A DNA stretch of 64,000 nt from Bdellovibrio sp. (GTDB lineage Bacteria > Bdellovibrionota > Bdellovibrionia > Bdellovibrionales > Bdellovibrionaceae). The position numbers were made by a program, and so were the translations under genes. Positions 1-10,628 of the stretch are shown here, piece by piece. The notes under the pieces are model-generated. The model was not told the origin of the DNA, ran no database searches, and saw nothing but the letters and a program-made list of their open reading frames with translations. The stretch spans positions 1,440,001 through 1,504,000 of the forward strand of contig JAKFCY010000002.1 of NCBI GenBank assembly GCA_036676395.1. The letters run 5' to 3'. Every line of letters begins with the position of its first letter. The stretch's first letter is position 1.

Positions 1-846
1 TTTAAAGCTTCAGTTATTGATCCATTTATTAATGCTTACCTTCAGGGGCAAACTCCGCTTCCGTGTGTAAACTGCAATACGTATCTAAAATTTGACCATT
101 TAGTTAAAAAAATGAAAGAGCTAGAGTGCGATTACTTAGCGACTGGTCATTACGCACAGATCATTCAAAGTGCTAGCGGTGAATACCAAATCAAAACTTC
201 TGAAGATGACTGGAAAGATCAAACATACTTCTTATTCACAATTGATCCAGCGATTGTGCCAAAATTATTATTTCCCATAGGTCATCTTAAAAAGCCTGAA
301 GTGAGAAAATTAGCTGAAAGCCAAGGGCTAGTTGTTGCAAAGAAAAAAGATTCTCAAGGAATCTGTTTTGTTGGCAATATGGGCTACGATAATTTTATCA
401 AAGGCCAAGTTTCTGAAATCATTCTAAAATCAAAACGCGGTGTTCTTAAACGTTACCCAACTAATGAAGTTATGGCTCAACATGATGGTATTCACCATTA
501 CACGATCGGGCAAAGTAAAGGCTTAGGCATGACATATCATGAAAAGCTTTTTGTTATTAAAATTGATGCTACTGATAACACAGTTTGGGTTGGCGAAGAA
601 AAATACTTATTTCATGATGAAGTTGATGTGATTGAACCGCACATTATTAGTCAATTTACAGATGGCGAAGAACTGTCTGTGAAGATCCGTTATCAGCATA
701 AAGGCTCAATTGCAAAAGTTGTAAAATCTGAAACTGGTTTTAAATTAAAATTCAAAGAACCACAGCGCGCCATCACTCCAGGACAAGCGGCTGTGTTCTA
801 TTCTCAAGAAAAAGTATTGCTCGGAGGCGGATGGATCAAGTTGTAA
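1..846 (+). CDS. mnmA: tRNA 2-thiouridine(34) synthase MnmA, 5' truncated by window edge
   Basis: Frame open from base 1 (…TPLPCVNCN…); motifs ATGHYA, KDQTYFL, DSQGICF, TPGQAAVFY. Confidence 0.96.
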   Translation, partial: FKASVIDPFINAYLQGQTPLPCVNCNTYLKFDHLVKKMKELECDYLATGHYAQIIQSASGEYQIKTSEDDWKDQTYFLFTIDPAIVPKLLFPIGHLKKPEVRKLAESQGLVVAKKKDSQGICFVGNMGYDNFIKGQVSEIILKSKRGVLKRYPTNEVMAQHDGIHHYTIGQSKGLGMTYHEKLFVIKIDATDNTVWVGEEKYLFHDEVDVIEPHIISQFTDGEELSVKIRYQHKGSIAKVVKSETGFKLKFKEPQRAITPGQAAVFYSQEKVLLGGGWIKL

Positions 847-2186
847 TGCCGTCAATGGCTTCAGATCAATTCGTGGTGCACACGTTCGGTTGTAAGGTAA
901 ACACTTACGACGGTGGTCTTATTCAAAAGAATATGACCACCCATGGGTTTAAATTAAACTCAGGCCGTTTAAGTATCGAGACTTTAGATAAAACTAAAGC
1001 TCAGATTCATATTTTAAACACCTGCGCTGTAACAGCAGAAGCCACTAAAGAAGCCGTTAAAATAATTCGTAAGATCAAAGCACAACAGCCTTTTTCTACA
1101 ATCATTGTAACAGGCTGTGCGGCACAAGTTGATACGGGAGCTTTTGAGAATCTTCCTGGCGCAGATTTAGTGATCGCTAACTCACACAAAGGTTTGCTTC
1201 CAGACCTTTTGAAAAAGCATTTTCGTGGCGAACTTCAACAAAAGACCTTCAAATCAAATATTTTTAAAAAAGAAGAGTTAGAAGCTGATGGTGGCGAAGA
1301 AGCAGCTCATACTAGAACATTCTTAAAAATTCAAGATGGCTGTAATTCGTTTTGTTCATTCTGTATTATTCCGTATGCTCGTGGTAAGAGCCGTTCTATT
1401 TCAATTTCCCATATCGTTGATAAAATTAATCAAATAGTTAGTGAAGGCAAAAAAGAAGTTGTTCTGACTGGCGTTCATATCGGCGACTATGAAGACAACG
1501 GTAAGAACATGGATGATTTAGTTGAAGCAGTTTTAGCGCGCACAACGATTTCGCGTGTACGCCTATCATCACTTGAACCTATTGAAATCTCAGATCGCTT
1601 ATTAGCAATGTACGAAAATCCAAGATTATGCGCTCACTTTCACATGAGTATTCAATCGGCAGATTCGGAAACGTTAAAAGAAATGAAGCGTAAATATTCA
1701 CAAGAACAAGTTGCATCTGCGTTACATAACATTTCAAAGGTGAAAGATGTGTTTGTCGGCATGGATGTGATCGCAGGATTTCCATCAGAAACCGAAGAGC
1801 AATTTGAAAATACCTACAAATGTTTAGCTGAAACTCCTTGGACACGTTTGCATGTGTTTCCGTACAGTGAACGCAGCGGTACTCGTGCTGCGATTATGGA
1901 TCAAGTGCCACACCATGTTCGTAAAGAACGTGCTGCGCGCTTACGTGAATTAAGTTTACATCGTTTTCAGACTGAGGCTTTGAAACAAGTTGGTAACATT
2001 CACCAAACATTGATTTTAAATAAAGCTTCTAAAAAAGCTGAAGGCTTAACTCGTAATTACTGGCCAGTCAGACTTAATTTATCTGAAGATAAATTAAAAG
2101 AATTAGCTGGGTTGGAAGTACAAGTAAAAATCACGGCAGTTAATTTTGAAACGGGCGAAGGCCAGCTTGAAGGGGTTATTGTATGA
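831..2186 (+). CDS. mtaB: tRNA methylthiotransferase MtaB (radical SAM)
   Basis: TFGCKVN, NTCAVT, GCAAQ and the CNSFCSFC radical SAM motif. Confidence 0.9.
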   Translation: MDQVVMPSMASDQFVVHTFGCKVNTYDGGLIQKNMTTHGFKLNSGRLSIETLDKTKAQIHILNTCAVTAEATKEAVKIIRKIKAQQPFSTIIVTGCAAQVDTGAFENLPGADLVIANSHKGLLPDLLKKHFRGELQQKTFKSNIFKKEELEADGGEEAAHTRTFLKIQDGCNSFCSFCIIPYARGKSRSISISHIVDKINQIVSEGKKEVVLTGVHIGDYEDNGKNMDDLVEAVLARTTISRVRLSSLEPIEISDRLLAMYENPRLCAHFHMSIQSADSETLKEMKRKYSQEQVASALHNISKVKDVFVGMDVIAGFPSETEEQFENTYKCLAETPWTRLHVFPYSERSGTRAAIMDQVPHHVRKERAARLRELSLHRFQTEALKQVGNIHQTLILNKASKKAEGLTRNYWPVRLNLSEDKLKELAGLEVQVKITAVNFETGEGQLEGVIV

Positions 2187-2902
2187 TTCCTCAAAGTTTA
2201 GAACAAAACATCAATTACAAATTTAAAGACCGCGATCTATTGTTAGAAGCCTTAACTCATAAAAGTTACTGCATTAATGAAAAGAAAAAACTTTCTCATA
2301 ACGAACGTTTAGAATACTTAGGCGATGCGATCTTAGGGTTTGTCTTGGCTGAACAGCTTATGCAGCTTTTTCCACAGGATAACGAAGGGCTTTTATCTAA
2401 AAAGCGCGCAAGTCTTGTTAATCAAGACGTGTTGTCGCAAAAAGCATTAAACCTTAAATTAGACACCTTGTTAATTTTAGGTCCTGGCGAAAAAGAGCAA
2501 GAATCACATTTAAAACCTAGAATTTTATGTTCAGCTTATGAAGCTATGTTAGGCGCAATTTATTTAGATTCTGATTTTTTAAATATCAGAAGCTGGATTC
2601 AAAAAGAATTTAAACCGGACATCCAACAGATCAAGCCAGATCTGGAATTTGAACGTGATTACAAAACAAGACTGCAAGAGCTTACGCAAAAAATTAAATT
2701 AGGTATGCCAGAATATCAACTGATCGGCACTGAAGGGCCATCACATAACCCAGAATTTTTAGTTGGAATTTTTCTGACTGAAGATGGCAAAGCGGTCGAA
2801 AAGTTTCGTGCGACCGGTAAAAGCAAAAAAGCAGCCGAACAAGCGGCAGCTCAACAATTAATGAATTATTTAGAAACAGATCATAAAAGGAAAAGCACAT
2901 AG
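2183..2902 (+). CDS. rnc: Ribonuclease III
   Basis: NERLEYLGDA signature; C-terminal dsRBD (DYKTRLQE…SKKAAEQAAA). Confidence 0.97.
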   Translation: MIPQSLEQNINYKFKDRDLLLEALTHKSYCINEKKKLSHNERLEYLGDAILGFVLAEQLMQLFPQDNEGLLSKKRASLVNQDVLSQKALNLKLDTLLILGPGEKEQESHLKPRILCSAYEAMLGAIYLDSDFLNIRSWIQKEFKPDIQQIKPDLEFERDYKTRLQELTQKIKLGMPEYQLIGTEGPSHNPEFLVGIFLTEDGKAVEKFRATGKSKKAAEQAAAQQLMNYLETDHKRKST

Positions 2903-3822
2903 TGGAAACTACAGAAAAAAAATCATTTAAAGCAGGGTTCTTAGGCTTAATCGGTCAACCCAACGCTGGTAAGAGCTCTTTATTAAACTTTTTAGTTAAA
3001 GAAAAAGTATCTATCGTTACTAATAAGCCACAAACAACTCGTCGTCGCATCACTGGACTTCATACTTCTGAAGCTGGCCAGATTGTATTTATCGATGCTC
3101 CGGGTTTAGTAAAATCAACTTCAGGCTTAAATACTTTTTTAGAAAAAGAAGCTCATGACGTGATTAGAAGCTCTGATGCTTTAGTTGCTGTACTTTCTGT
3201 TGATGAAGATTCAGCTGAACGCAATGAAGAGATCTTAGAGCTAATCACTAAATCTAAAAAGCCTTGGCTTGCGGTCATCACTAAAGTTGATTTAAAAGAA
3301 ACTCAGCATCGTGTGATGATTTTAAAAGGTATCGTTGAAAAGTTCGGCGGAAAAGCCCTTACTGTTTCAAATACAAAATTTAAAGATGAGGATCGCAATG
3401 AAATCTTAGCGAAATTGGTTCAAATTCTACCTGAGTCAGATCGTCATCTTTATGATCCAGAAATGTTCACGACTGAAAATGTGCGTGGCTTAGTTGAAGA
3501 AATCATCCGTGAAAAATGTTTTCAAGTTTTACATCACGAAATTCCTTACCAATTAGCTGTTCAAATCAGAAAATTTGATGAAGACGCCAAACCTTGTCCT
3601 AAGATCTACGCTGACATCATGGTTGGCCAAGATTCACATAAGCCAATCGTGGTTGGTAAAGGTGCAGCAGTTATTAAAGAGATCGGCCAGCTTTCTCGTA
3701 AAGAGATCGAAAGCTTAATGGGCGAAAAAGTTTACTTAGAATTAAATGTAACAGTTAAAGCAAATTGGTTTGAAAACAAACAAACCCTGAAAGAGTTGAA
3801 GTATGTCGTTGATTCCGAATAG
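2902..3822 (+). CDS. era: GTPase Era
   Basis: GQPNAGKS, PQTTR, HEIPY, KH domain; directly follows rnc. Confidence 0.96.
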   Translation: METTEKKSFKAGFLGLIGQPNAGKSSLLNFLVKEKVSIVTNKPQTTRRRITGLHTSEAGQIVFIDAPGLVKSTSGLNTFLEKEAHDVIRSSDALVAVLSVDEDSAERNEEILELITKSKKPWLAVITKVDLKETQHRVMILKGIVEKFGGKALTVSNTKFKDEDRNEILAKLVQILPESDRHLYDPEMFTTENVRGLVEEIIREKCFQVLHHEIPYQLAVQIRKFDEDAKPCPKIYADIMVGQDSHKPIVVGKGAAVIKEIGQLSRKEIESLMGEKVYLELNVTVKANWFENKQTLKELKYVVDSE

Positions 3823-5164
3823 TTCTGAGGGTTTTGTTGATTCGCCAAAGGTTGCCATTATCGGCCGACCAAACGTTGGTAAATCTACGTTATTTAATAT
3901 TTTAACTGATTCACGTAAAGCTGTTGTAAAAAATCAACCTGGTGTTACTCGTGATATTCTTATTGAACCAGTAGATATCTGGGGTAAAAAATTTGATCTT
4001 ATCGATACGGGTGGTGTGACTGAGGCTACTGATTTATTCTCAAAATTAATCAAAGAACAAGTCACTGAATTTTTATTCACCGTTGATTTTATCGTTGCCG
4101 TAATGGATGGTCGTGCAGGATTACTTCCTGAAGATCGCGATATTATTAAAATCGCAAAACAAACGGGTAAACCGATTCTTTTAGTGGTTAATAAAGTTGA
4201 TAGCCCGCACGAAGATGATCTGTTAAAGGCTGATTTCCATGAATTCGGTTTGGATGTTATGGGCTGCAGTTTTGAGCAGCGCCGTGGTGTTGGTGATGTT
4301 TTACAGTGGATTGTAAGTATGGTTCCTGAAATTCCAAAAGAAATCGGAAAATCACTTCGTATCGCTATGGTGGGTAAACCCAACGTTGGTAAAAGCTCTT
4401 TATGTAATTGTCTTCTAAAGCAAAATCGTATGTTAGTGAGTGAGATCGCCGGAACAACTATTGATTCAGTCGATGCGCCGTTTAGATTTAATGACCGTGA
4501 TTATATGTTAGTTGATACTGCAGGTTTGAGACGGCAATCAAAACGTGATGAAGGCTTAGAGATGATCTCAGCGTTTAAATCACAAGAATCAATTCGTAGA
4601 GCCGATGTCGTGTTATTAGTTATCGATGGCGTTTTAGGGCCGTCAGAACAAGATGCTAAGATCCTGCAAGCTATTTTAGATGACCATAAAGGTGTTGTTT
4701 GCGTAGCTAACAAGTCTGACTTAGGTCAGGAAGAAATCGAAAAATACCGTGAAACATTCCGCGCACAAGTTGCACGAGTGTTCCATTTTTTTGTCGACAT
4801 TCCATTAGTGTTTACGTCGGCTTTAAAATCTCAGGGAATCAAAGACCTTTTTGATGAAATCGAGCGCGTTGCAGATAAACGCAGTCTACAAATCAAGACT
4901 TCAGAGTTAAATGATTTCTTCTTTGAAACAATTCGTAAAGCTCCAGCTCCGGTTTGGGGTCAAACGAATGTTAAGTTTTACTACTTAACTCAGACTTACC
5001 AAAAACCACCGGCATTTATCGCATTTTGTAATCACCCAGAAGGTGTTCATAATTCGTACCGTCGATTCTTGATTAAGAACATGAAAGAGAAATTTGATCT
5101 TCATGGTATTCCTATCAGAATTTACTGTATGAAATCTCGTCGTGGCGGAGAAAGTAATCTGTAA
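3803..5164 (+). CDS. der: Ribosome biogenesis GTPase Der (EngA)
   Basis: Two G domains (GRPNVGKS, GKPNVGKS) and a C-terminal KH-like domain. Confidence 0.97.
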   Translation: MSLIPNSSEGFVDSPKVAIIGRPNVGKSTLFNILTDSRKAVVKNQPGVTRDILIEPVDIWGKKFDLIDTGGVTEATDLFSKLIKEQVTEFLFTVDFIVAVMDGRAGLLPEDRDIIKIAKQTGKPILLVVNKVDSPHEDDLLKADFHEFGLDVMGCSFEQRRGVGDVLQWIVSMVPEIPKEIGKSLRIAMVGKPNVGKSSLCNCLLKQNRMLVSEIAGTTIDSVDAPFRFNDRDYMLVDTAGLRRQSKRDEGLEMISAFKSQESIRRADVVLLVIDGVLGPSEQDAKILQAILDDHKGVVCVANKSDLGQEEIEKYRETFRAQVARVFHFFVDIPLVFTSALKSQGIKDLFDEIERVADKRSLQIKTSELNDFFFETIRKAPAPVWGQTNVKFYYLTQTYQKPPAFIAFCNHPEGVHNSYRRFLIKNMKEKFDLHGIPIRIYCMKSRRGGESNL

Positions 5165-6549
5165 TGCCGACTAATAAGTTCACCGGAAAAATTCTATGGC
5201 GTAATCGTTTTGCGTTTTATCTTTTGGCCGTGGGTTCTGCCTGCGGTCTGGGTAATATTTGGCGATTCCCGTACGTAGCCGGTGAAAATGGAGGAGGAGC
5301 TTTTATCCTTCTGTATTTATTATTAGCTTTTACTATTGGTGTTTCGATTTTAATTGCCGAGCTGATGTTAGGTAAAAAATCAGAGGCCAGTCTTTTAAAA
5401 ATTACTCAACGTGTTTCGACGACCCATAAAAAACCATTTTTCTGGATTTCGCGGTTAACTTTAACAATTACGGTGGTTATTTTATCGTATTACTCGGTGA
5501 TCAGCGGCTGGGTTTTGCATTATATCACGCAGTTTATAGTTGGCTTTTTTCGTGGTGATACGCTTGCGTATATTTCATCGTTGAATATGAAAGTCTTAAC
5601 GGATAACGGCTGGTTGCAGTTTGCTTTAGCTTCGGTGCATTTAATCGTAGCGGGACTTATCGTAGGACAAAGAATCACCAATCGTTTTGAGAAAATCTTA
5701 ACGACATTTATTATTCCGGTGTTTATATTTTTATTTGCGATGTTACTTGTGCGCTCACTGTCGTTAGACTCGGCTCCTGAAGTGTTGCGTTTTATCTTTT
5801 ACCCTGACTTTTCTAAATTAAACTTGCGCTCTTTAGGGCATGCCATTGGCCACGTTTTCTTCACGTTATCAATCGGGGTAGGGGCATTAGTTACGTTTGG
5901 CTCATACTTTAAAGATGAGGATCATCTGCCTAAAGTCGGCTTTCGCGTGATGATGGTAGATATCATGATTTCGCTATTTTCGGTGTTATTGGTTTTTCCA
6001 ATTGCATTTACGATTGGCGAAAAACCACTGACTGACCCAAGTTTGTTATTTGAATCACTGCCACGTCTATTTATGAAGATTCAATTTGGCCCGCTATTTG
6101 GTCTGGCATTTTTTATCTGTCTCTGGGCAGCAGCTCTTAACGCCAGTGTGGGTTTGCTAGAAACACTGGCTTCAAACTACTCAGAAAGATATTTAAAATC
6201 AGATCGTAAGTCTTCGATTTGGTTGATTGTTCTGATTACTTTAGGTTTTACGGTGATTCCGGCCTTTTCTGGGTCTGGACTTAAAAATGTGAAGCTATTT
6301 GATCAGACGTTATTAGAAAATATCGATTCATTTCTGATTAATTACCTTTTGCCAATTTCAGGATTAGGCATGATCTTTTTATTTTTCAAAGCTTTGCCTA
6401 TGGCCGATCAAAAAGACTTATTCTTAGATGAAAAAACTGAATCCAGTTATGCCTTAATCAATTACTGGCAAGTGATGCTAAAATACATTGCTCCGGTATT
6501 GATCGCGCTGGGTATTATTCTACAGATTGTGGCGTTATTTAAAAATTAG
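5164..6549 (+). CDS. Sodium-dependent transporter, NSS/SNF family
   Basis: GLGNIWRFPY…NGGGAF signature; many TM helices. Confidence 0.92.
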   Translation: MPTNKFTGKILWRNRFAFYLLAVGSACGLGNIWRFPYVAGENGGGAFILLYLLLAFTIGVSILIAELMLGKKSEASLLKITQRVSTTHKKPFFWISRLTLTITVVILSYYSVISGWVLHYITQFIVGFFRGDTLAYISSLNMKVLTDNGWLQFALASVHLIVAGLIVGQRITNRFEKILTTFIIPVFIFLFAMLLVRSLSLDSAPEVLRFIFYPDFSKLNLRSLGHAIGHVFFTLSIGVGALVTFGSYFKDEDHLPKVGFRVMMVDIMISLFSVLLVFPIAFTIGEKPLTDPSLLFESLPRLFMKIQFGPLFGLAFFICLWAAALNASVGLLETLASNYSERYLKSDRKSSIWLIVLITLGFTVIPAFSGSGLKNVKLFDQTLLENIDSFLINYLLPISGLGMIFLFFKALPMADQKDLFLDEKTESSYALINYWQVMLKYIAPVLIALGIILQIVALFKN

Positions 6550-7324
6550 TTCCTAAAATAAAATTTATTTCGTAAATATCGCCATCTAAGTGGGGTTGGA
6601 TAGCTTGCAGGTTAGGTGTTCCTGTGCCGCCTTCGTCGATGAAAAAATTATTCTCATCCGGAAATTGCACAAAGTTATAAATCGCCTGGGCGCCGAAGTA
6701 AAAGCGGCGCTGAACCAGTGGAATCTCAATGCCCGTACCTAAGCGAAACCCAGCTACTTTATCAGGCTCGTTCGCAAAACTTTCATTTAAGTTATAAGTT
6801 CTGACAAACATGCCGGCTCCGATTAACATGTAAGGGTTCAGGTCTGCCAAGCCCTTGGTGACGTTATCGGTGTTGACGTAATATTTCATGTGCAGATCAA
6901 AAATTTGAATATTCACCGTGCCGGTGTAGGTGTTATTCGCGCTTGAAAAAGCCACACCATGATCGCCCGTTGTGTAACTTAAGGCTGTGGCTAAATTCAA
7001 ATCAAAGAAGTAACTAAATTGAACCCCATAATCTAGTGCGCCTTCGTATCCTTCGGCAAAGCCTTTTGTGAAATCACGATACCCCAGTAAAAGCCCCAGA
7101 GTTAAATAACGGCCATTGCGCAAAAAATGGATATCAGCTTCTTCGTCGGTTTCTTGGTCGAACTCATTGTAATCCGAGAACGGATCAAATGAATCATCAG
7201 CTTCTGGAGTTGTTGTTTGAGCATAACTTGGAAGCGCCGTAAAAGTCAGAATGATAGCCGGGATGCTGACTAAAACGAATGCAAAAGTAAGTCTATAGAT
7301 GTGGCGCAAAAGCTGTTTTTTCAT
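6539..7324 (-). CDS. Outer membrane beta-barrel protein
   Basis: Signal peptide, acidic N-terminal segment, amphipathic beta strands, C-terminal Phe. Confidence 0.75.
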   Translation of the reverse strand: MKKQLLRHIYRLTFAFVLVSIPAIILTFTALPSYAQTTTPEADDSFDPFSDYNEFDQETDEEADIHFLRNGRYLTLGLLLGYRDFTKGFAEGYEGALDYGVQFSYFFDLNLATALSYTTGDHGVAFSSANNTYTGTVNIQIFDLHMKYYVNTDNVTKGLADLNPYMLIGAGMFVRTYNLNESFANEPDKVAGFRLGTGIEIPLVQRRFYFGAQAIYNFVQFPDENNFFIDEGGTGTPNLQAIQPHLDGDIYEINFILGTNF

Positions 7325-7397
7325 GATCAGGCTTTAAGTATGCACAAAGTGGTTTGTAAGGTTAAGTCTGGAGGCGTTAGAGATTTGAATCTTTCCA

Positions 7398-8387
7398 TTG
7401 AGCTTGCGAGTGATGGCTGGTTTAATTTTTACTATGCTCAGCTCATTGGTAATTTCATCTAGCTCAAATGCTGTAAAATATAGCTCGCTTTTTAGATCCC
7501 TTGGTGTGGATGTGTCTTTTCTTATTCTCGATCATAGCAAAAATCCTAATTTTAGTCCCTTTGAGCAACACCGTTTTTTTAATCAGGGCATCGTTCATTA
7601 CTTAAACCCTGCAGACAACACGATCTTAGCTCATAAAGAAAATTATCAGCAGACTGAAGTTTTTTGTCAGCAACTCAAAGAATATTTTTTAAGAGACTTA
7701 AATTTCAAAAAAAATCAAACGACCAATCTTATGGTTGATAGTTCAACTGAGCCGATCCAGTTTTTTGATAAAGCAGATGTTGTCGATTTAAAATATAATA
7801 AAAACCTAAACAATATCCAGCTCGAGATTCAAAACAAAGGACTAGTCAGTTTTGATCATTTGTTTATCGAGCAAACTGACTCGTGCTTAGAGTTTGTAAA
7901 ATCAAAGTCAGCAAGCTTAGTAAAGCCCGTGCTAAAATCAGACTTAATCTGGTGTTCGTATAATTATAAATTATCAGCACCGCTGGCCAATGAAGATTTT
8001 TGGTTTTTAGAGAATAAAAATTACCAATCTGTTTTCGACAATTGTTTTTACTTACAACCTAAAAACAATGAGCTTGCGGTATGGGCTTTAATTCCAGATC
8101 ATCAGTACTTAAATCAGCAATTTCATAACGATTTTCAGGATCGATTGCGTCATAAAATTGAAGCTACATTCAGCTTTTTAAGTCTTTCGTTTGTAAATGT
8201 GTCTGAGCCTACTTTGCATTTGATGAATAGCCAAAAAGAGACTGTGGCTGAAAATACCAGAGTTTCTGGTTTTCCATGTTTTAGTTTTTATTCAAATGAA
8301 AATGTTTATGACTGGTTTAATCATTTTCTAAAAGTTTTCAATAAAAAACATAAAGTTAAAAATCCCCTTAAAGAGGCCTCATTATGA
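7398..8387 (+). CDS. Hypothetical protein (start uncertain)
   Basis: 329-aa ORF overlapping the purB start (ATGA); no motif recognised. Confidence 0.6.
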   Translation: MSLRVMAGLIFTMLSSLVISSSSNAVKYSSLFRSLGVDVSFLILDHSKNPNFSPFEQHRFFNQGIVHYLNPADNTILAHKENYQQTEVFCQQLKEYFLRDLNFKKNQTTNLMVDSSTEPIQFFDKADVVDLKYNKNLNNIQLEIQNKGLVSFDHLFIEQTDSCLEFVKSKSASLVKPVLKSDLIWCSYNYKLSAPLANEDFWFLENKNYQSVFDNCFYLQPKNNELAVWALIPDHQYLNQQFHNDFQDRLRHKIEATFSFLSLSFVNVSEPTLHLMNSQKETVAENTRVSGFPCFSFYSNENVYDWFNHFLKVFNKKHKVKNPLKEASL

Positions 8388-9685
8388 TTAGTCGTTATCA
8401 AACAGAAGAAATGAAAAGTGTTTTCTTAGAAGAAAATAGATTTCATTTCATGTTGCAAGTTGAAACTGTTGTAGCCGAAGTTCAAAGCCAAAAAGGCCTG
8501 ATCCCGGTAAAGGCTTATCAAGACATTAAGAAAAAAAGTCGTATTAACTTAAGTCGCATATTGGAAATTGAAAAAACAACGAAACACGATGTTATTGCTT
8601 TCGTTAGCCAGGTTGCTGAAACAGTTGGTCCTAGTGGACGGTTTATTCATTTCGGTTTAACAAGTTCTGACGTATTAGATACAGCCCTTAGTTTGCAAAT
8701 GTCTGAAGCTTTTAAAGTTTTAGAGGCTGAAGTTAAACTTTTAAAAGGCACTTTAAAAAAATTAATTAAAAAACATGATAAAACAGTATGCCCAGGCCGC
8801 ACCCACGGGATATTTGCCGAAATCACAACTTTTGGTTTTAAGCTTGCCGGCTATTATTCAGAAATCGCCCGCGCTGAAGAGCGTATCAAAAAAGCCCATG
8901 CGCAATTTAAAATCTGTAAACTTTCTGGTGCGGTGGGAACATCAGCATCGTTTGATATGGATATCGAATCACTTGTGGCGAAAAAATTGGGCTTAACAGT
9001 AGAGCCATTTGCTACACAAGTTATTCCGCGCGATCGCCATGCCGAAGTATTTATGTCGTTAGCTTATATGGCCGCAGCCCTTGAGCGCTTGGCGATTGAA
9101 TTGCGTCATTTACAGCGCAGTGAAGTTTCAGAAGTTATCGAAGGTTTTACGCCTGGTCAAAAAGGCTCTTCGGCGATGCCGCATAAAAAAAATCCAATCA
9201 GCGCAGAAAACATCACAGGGCTTGCGCGTTTAATTAAAGGCTATGCGTGGACAGCTTTTGAAAATATTCCGTTATGGCACGAGCGTGATATTTCGCACTC
9301 TTCGAATGAGCGTGTGATTTTTGCCGATAGCTTTACGGCTTGTCATTACATCGTTCGCCGCATGAATTCGCTACTTTCTGGTTTATATGTAAATACCGAT
9401 AAGATGTTACAGAATTCGCATTTGCTGGGCGGAGTTTTATATAGTTCACATTTATTGCTGCATTTAGTTGAGAAACATAATTTTTCTCGTGAAGAGGCTT
9501 ATGCCGTTATTCAAAAGCTGGCTCACGGTTTAAAAGACGGTGATCATCTCAAACAAGCTATTGCTAAAGATAAGTCAGTTAAAAAGTATTTCACTGACAA
9601 GGATTTAAAAACGTTATTTTCTGGCGATCGCTATACCGAGGCCATTCAGCAAAGATTAAAGAAATATGAAAAAGTTATCACGTAA
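8384..9685 (+). CDS. purB: Adenylosuccinate lyase
   Basis: HDV, GRTHG, GSSAMPHKKNP fumarase-superfamily signature. Confidence 0.96.
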   Translation: MISRYQTEEMKSVFLEENRFHFMLQVETVVAEVQSQKGLIPVKAYQDIKKKSRINLSRILEIEKTTKHDVIAFVSQVAETVGPSGRFIHFGLTSSDVLDTALSLQMSEAFKVLEAEVKLLKGTLKKLIKKHDKTVCPGRTHGIFAEITTFGFKLAGYYSEIARAEERIKKAHAQFKICKLSGAVGTSASFDMDIESLVAKKLGLTVEPFATQVIPRDRHAEVFMSLAYMAAALERLAIELRHLQRSEVSEVIEGFTPGQKGSSAMPHKKNPISAENITGLARLIKGYAWTAFENIPLWHERDISHSSNERVIFADSFTACHYIVRRMNSLLSGLYVNTDKMLQNSHLLGGVLYSSHLLLHLVEKHNFSREEAYAVIQKLAHGLKDGDHLKQAIAKDKSVKKYFTDKDLKTLFSGDRYTEAIQQRLKKYEKVIT

Positions 9686-10628
9686 GCTATCTAAATCAGA
9701 CGCTTTTTATTTAAAACCAGGAGACATCGTAGATGTTGTAGCTCCCGCATCGGCATGTTCAGAAGAGCATCTTAAATTGGGTCTTAAGTGGATCGAAAGG
9801 CTTGGCTTCAAGCCAAGATGCAGTCCACATGTCTTGCAACCTGATTTATATCTTTCAAATTCAGATGAGTTTAGATTTCAAGATTTTAAAAAAGCACTTT
9901 ATGCGAAAGATTCAAAAGCGATTTGGTGTTTGCGTGGCGGGTACGGCAGTTTCAGATTGTGGCCAGAAATGCTAAAGTTAACAAAAAAAGCTGCGCCTAA
10001 ACTTTTTATTGGTTTAAGTGATGTGACAAGTATGCATCAGTTTCTGAATCAAAAATGGCAATGGCCGACATTGCATGCCTCACTTTTGGATCGCGTGGGT
10101 CAGAATAAATTGCCTGCAGGAAACGAAAAAGAGCTCGTTGATGTGATCACGGGCCAGATTGATGCCGTTGAATATATGAATTTAACACCGATGAATGAAT
10201 TGGCTGCAAAAAAGAAAGTCATCAAAGGCACGGTGCGCGGCGGAAATTTATGCACGTTTATGGTCTCGGTCGGGACGAAGTTACAGCCTAAATATCAGAA
10301 GAAAGACAAAGTGATTTTATTTTTTGAAGATATTGGCGAACGCGGCTACAAAGTTGACCGCTTTTTGCAGCACTTAAGCCAAGCGGGTGTATTTACTCAT
10401 GTAGCTGCCATTGTTTTTGGAGATTTTGTCGATGGTTTAGAGGCCAGTGGACAAAGTTTGGTTCATGAAACACTGGCTCGTTTTGCTAAGCAATGTAAGA
10501 TTCCAGTTTTTTCCGGCGTCGAGACGGGGCACGGAGTTATTCAGCGTCCGTTATTTTTTAATACCCTCGCAGTGCTAACTTGTGACAAAAACCCTAACAT
10601 GATAGTCTATAAAGCGTATGCGCCATAA
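9666..10628 (+). CDS. ldcA: LD-carboxypeptidase (S66)
   Basis: RGGYG, GLSD (Ser), FED (Glu), GH (His) catalytic triad. Confidence 0.9.
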   Translation: MKKLSRKLSKSDAFYLKPGDIVDVVAPASACSEEHLKLGLKWIERLGFKPRCSPHVLQPDLYLSNSDEFRFQDFKKALYAKDSKAIWCLRGGYGSFRLWPEMLKLTKKAAPKLFIGLSDVTSMHQFLNQKWQWPTLHASLLDRVGQNKLPAGNEKELVDVITGQIDAVEYMNLTPMNELAAKKKVIKGTVRGGNLCTFMVSVGTKLQPKYQKKDKVILFFEDIGERGYKVDRFLQHLSQAGVFTHVAAIVFGDFVDGLEASGQSLVHETLARFAKQCKIPVFSGVETGHGVIQRPLFFNTLAVLTCDKNPNMIVYKAYAP

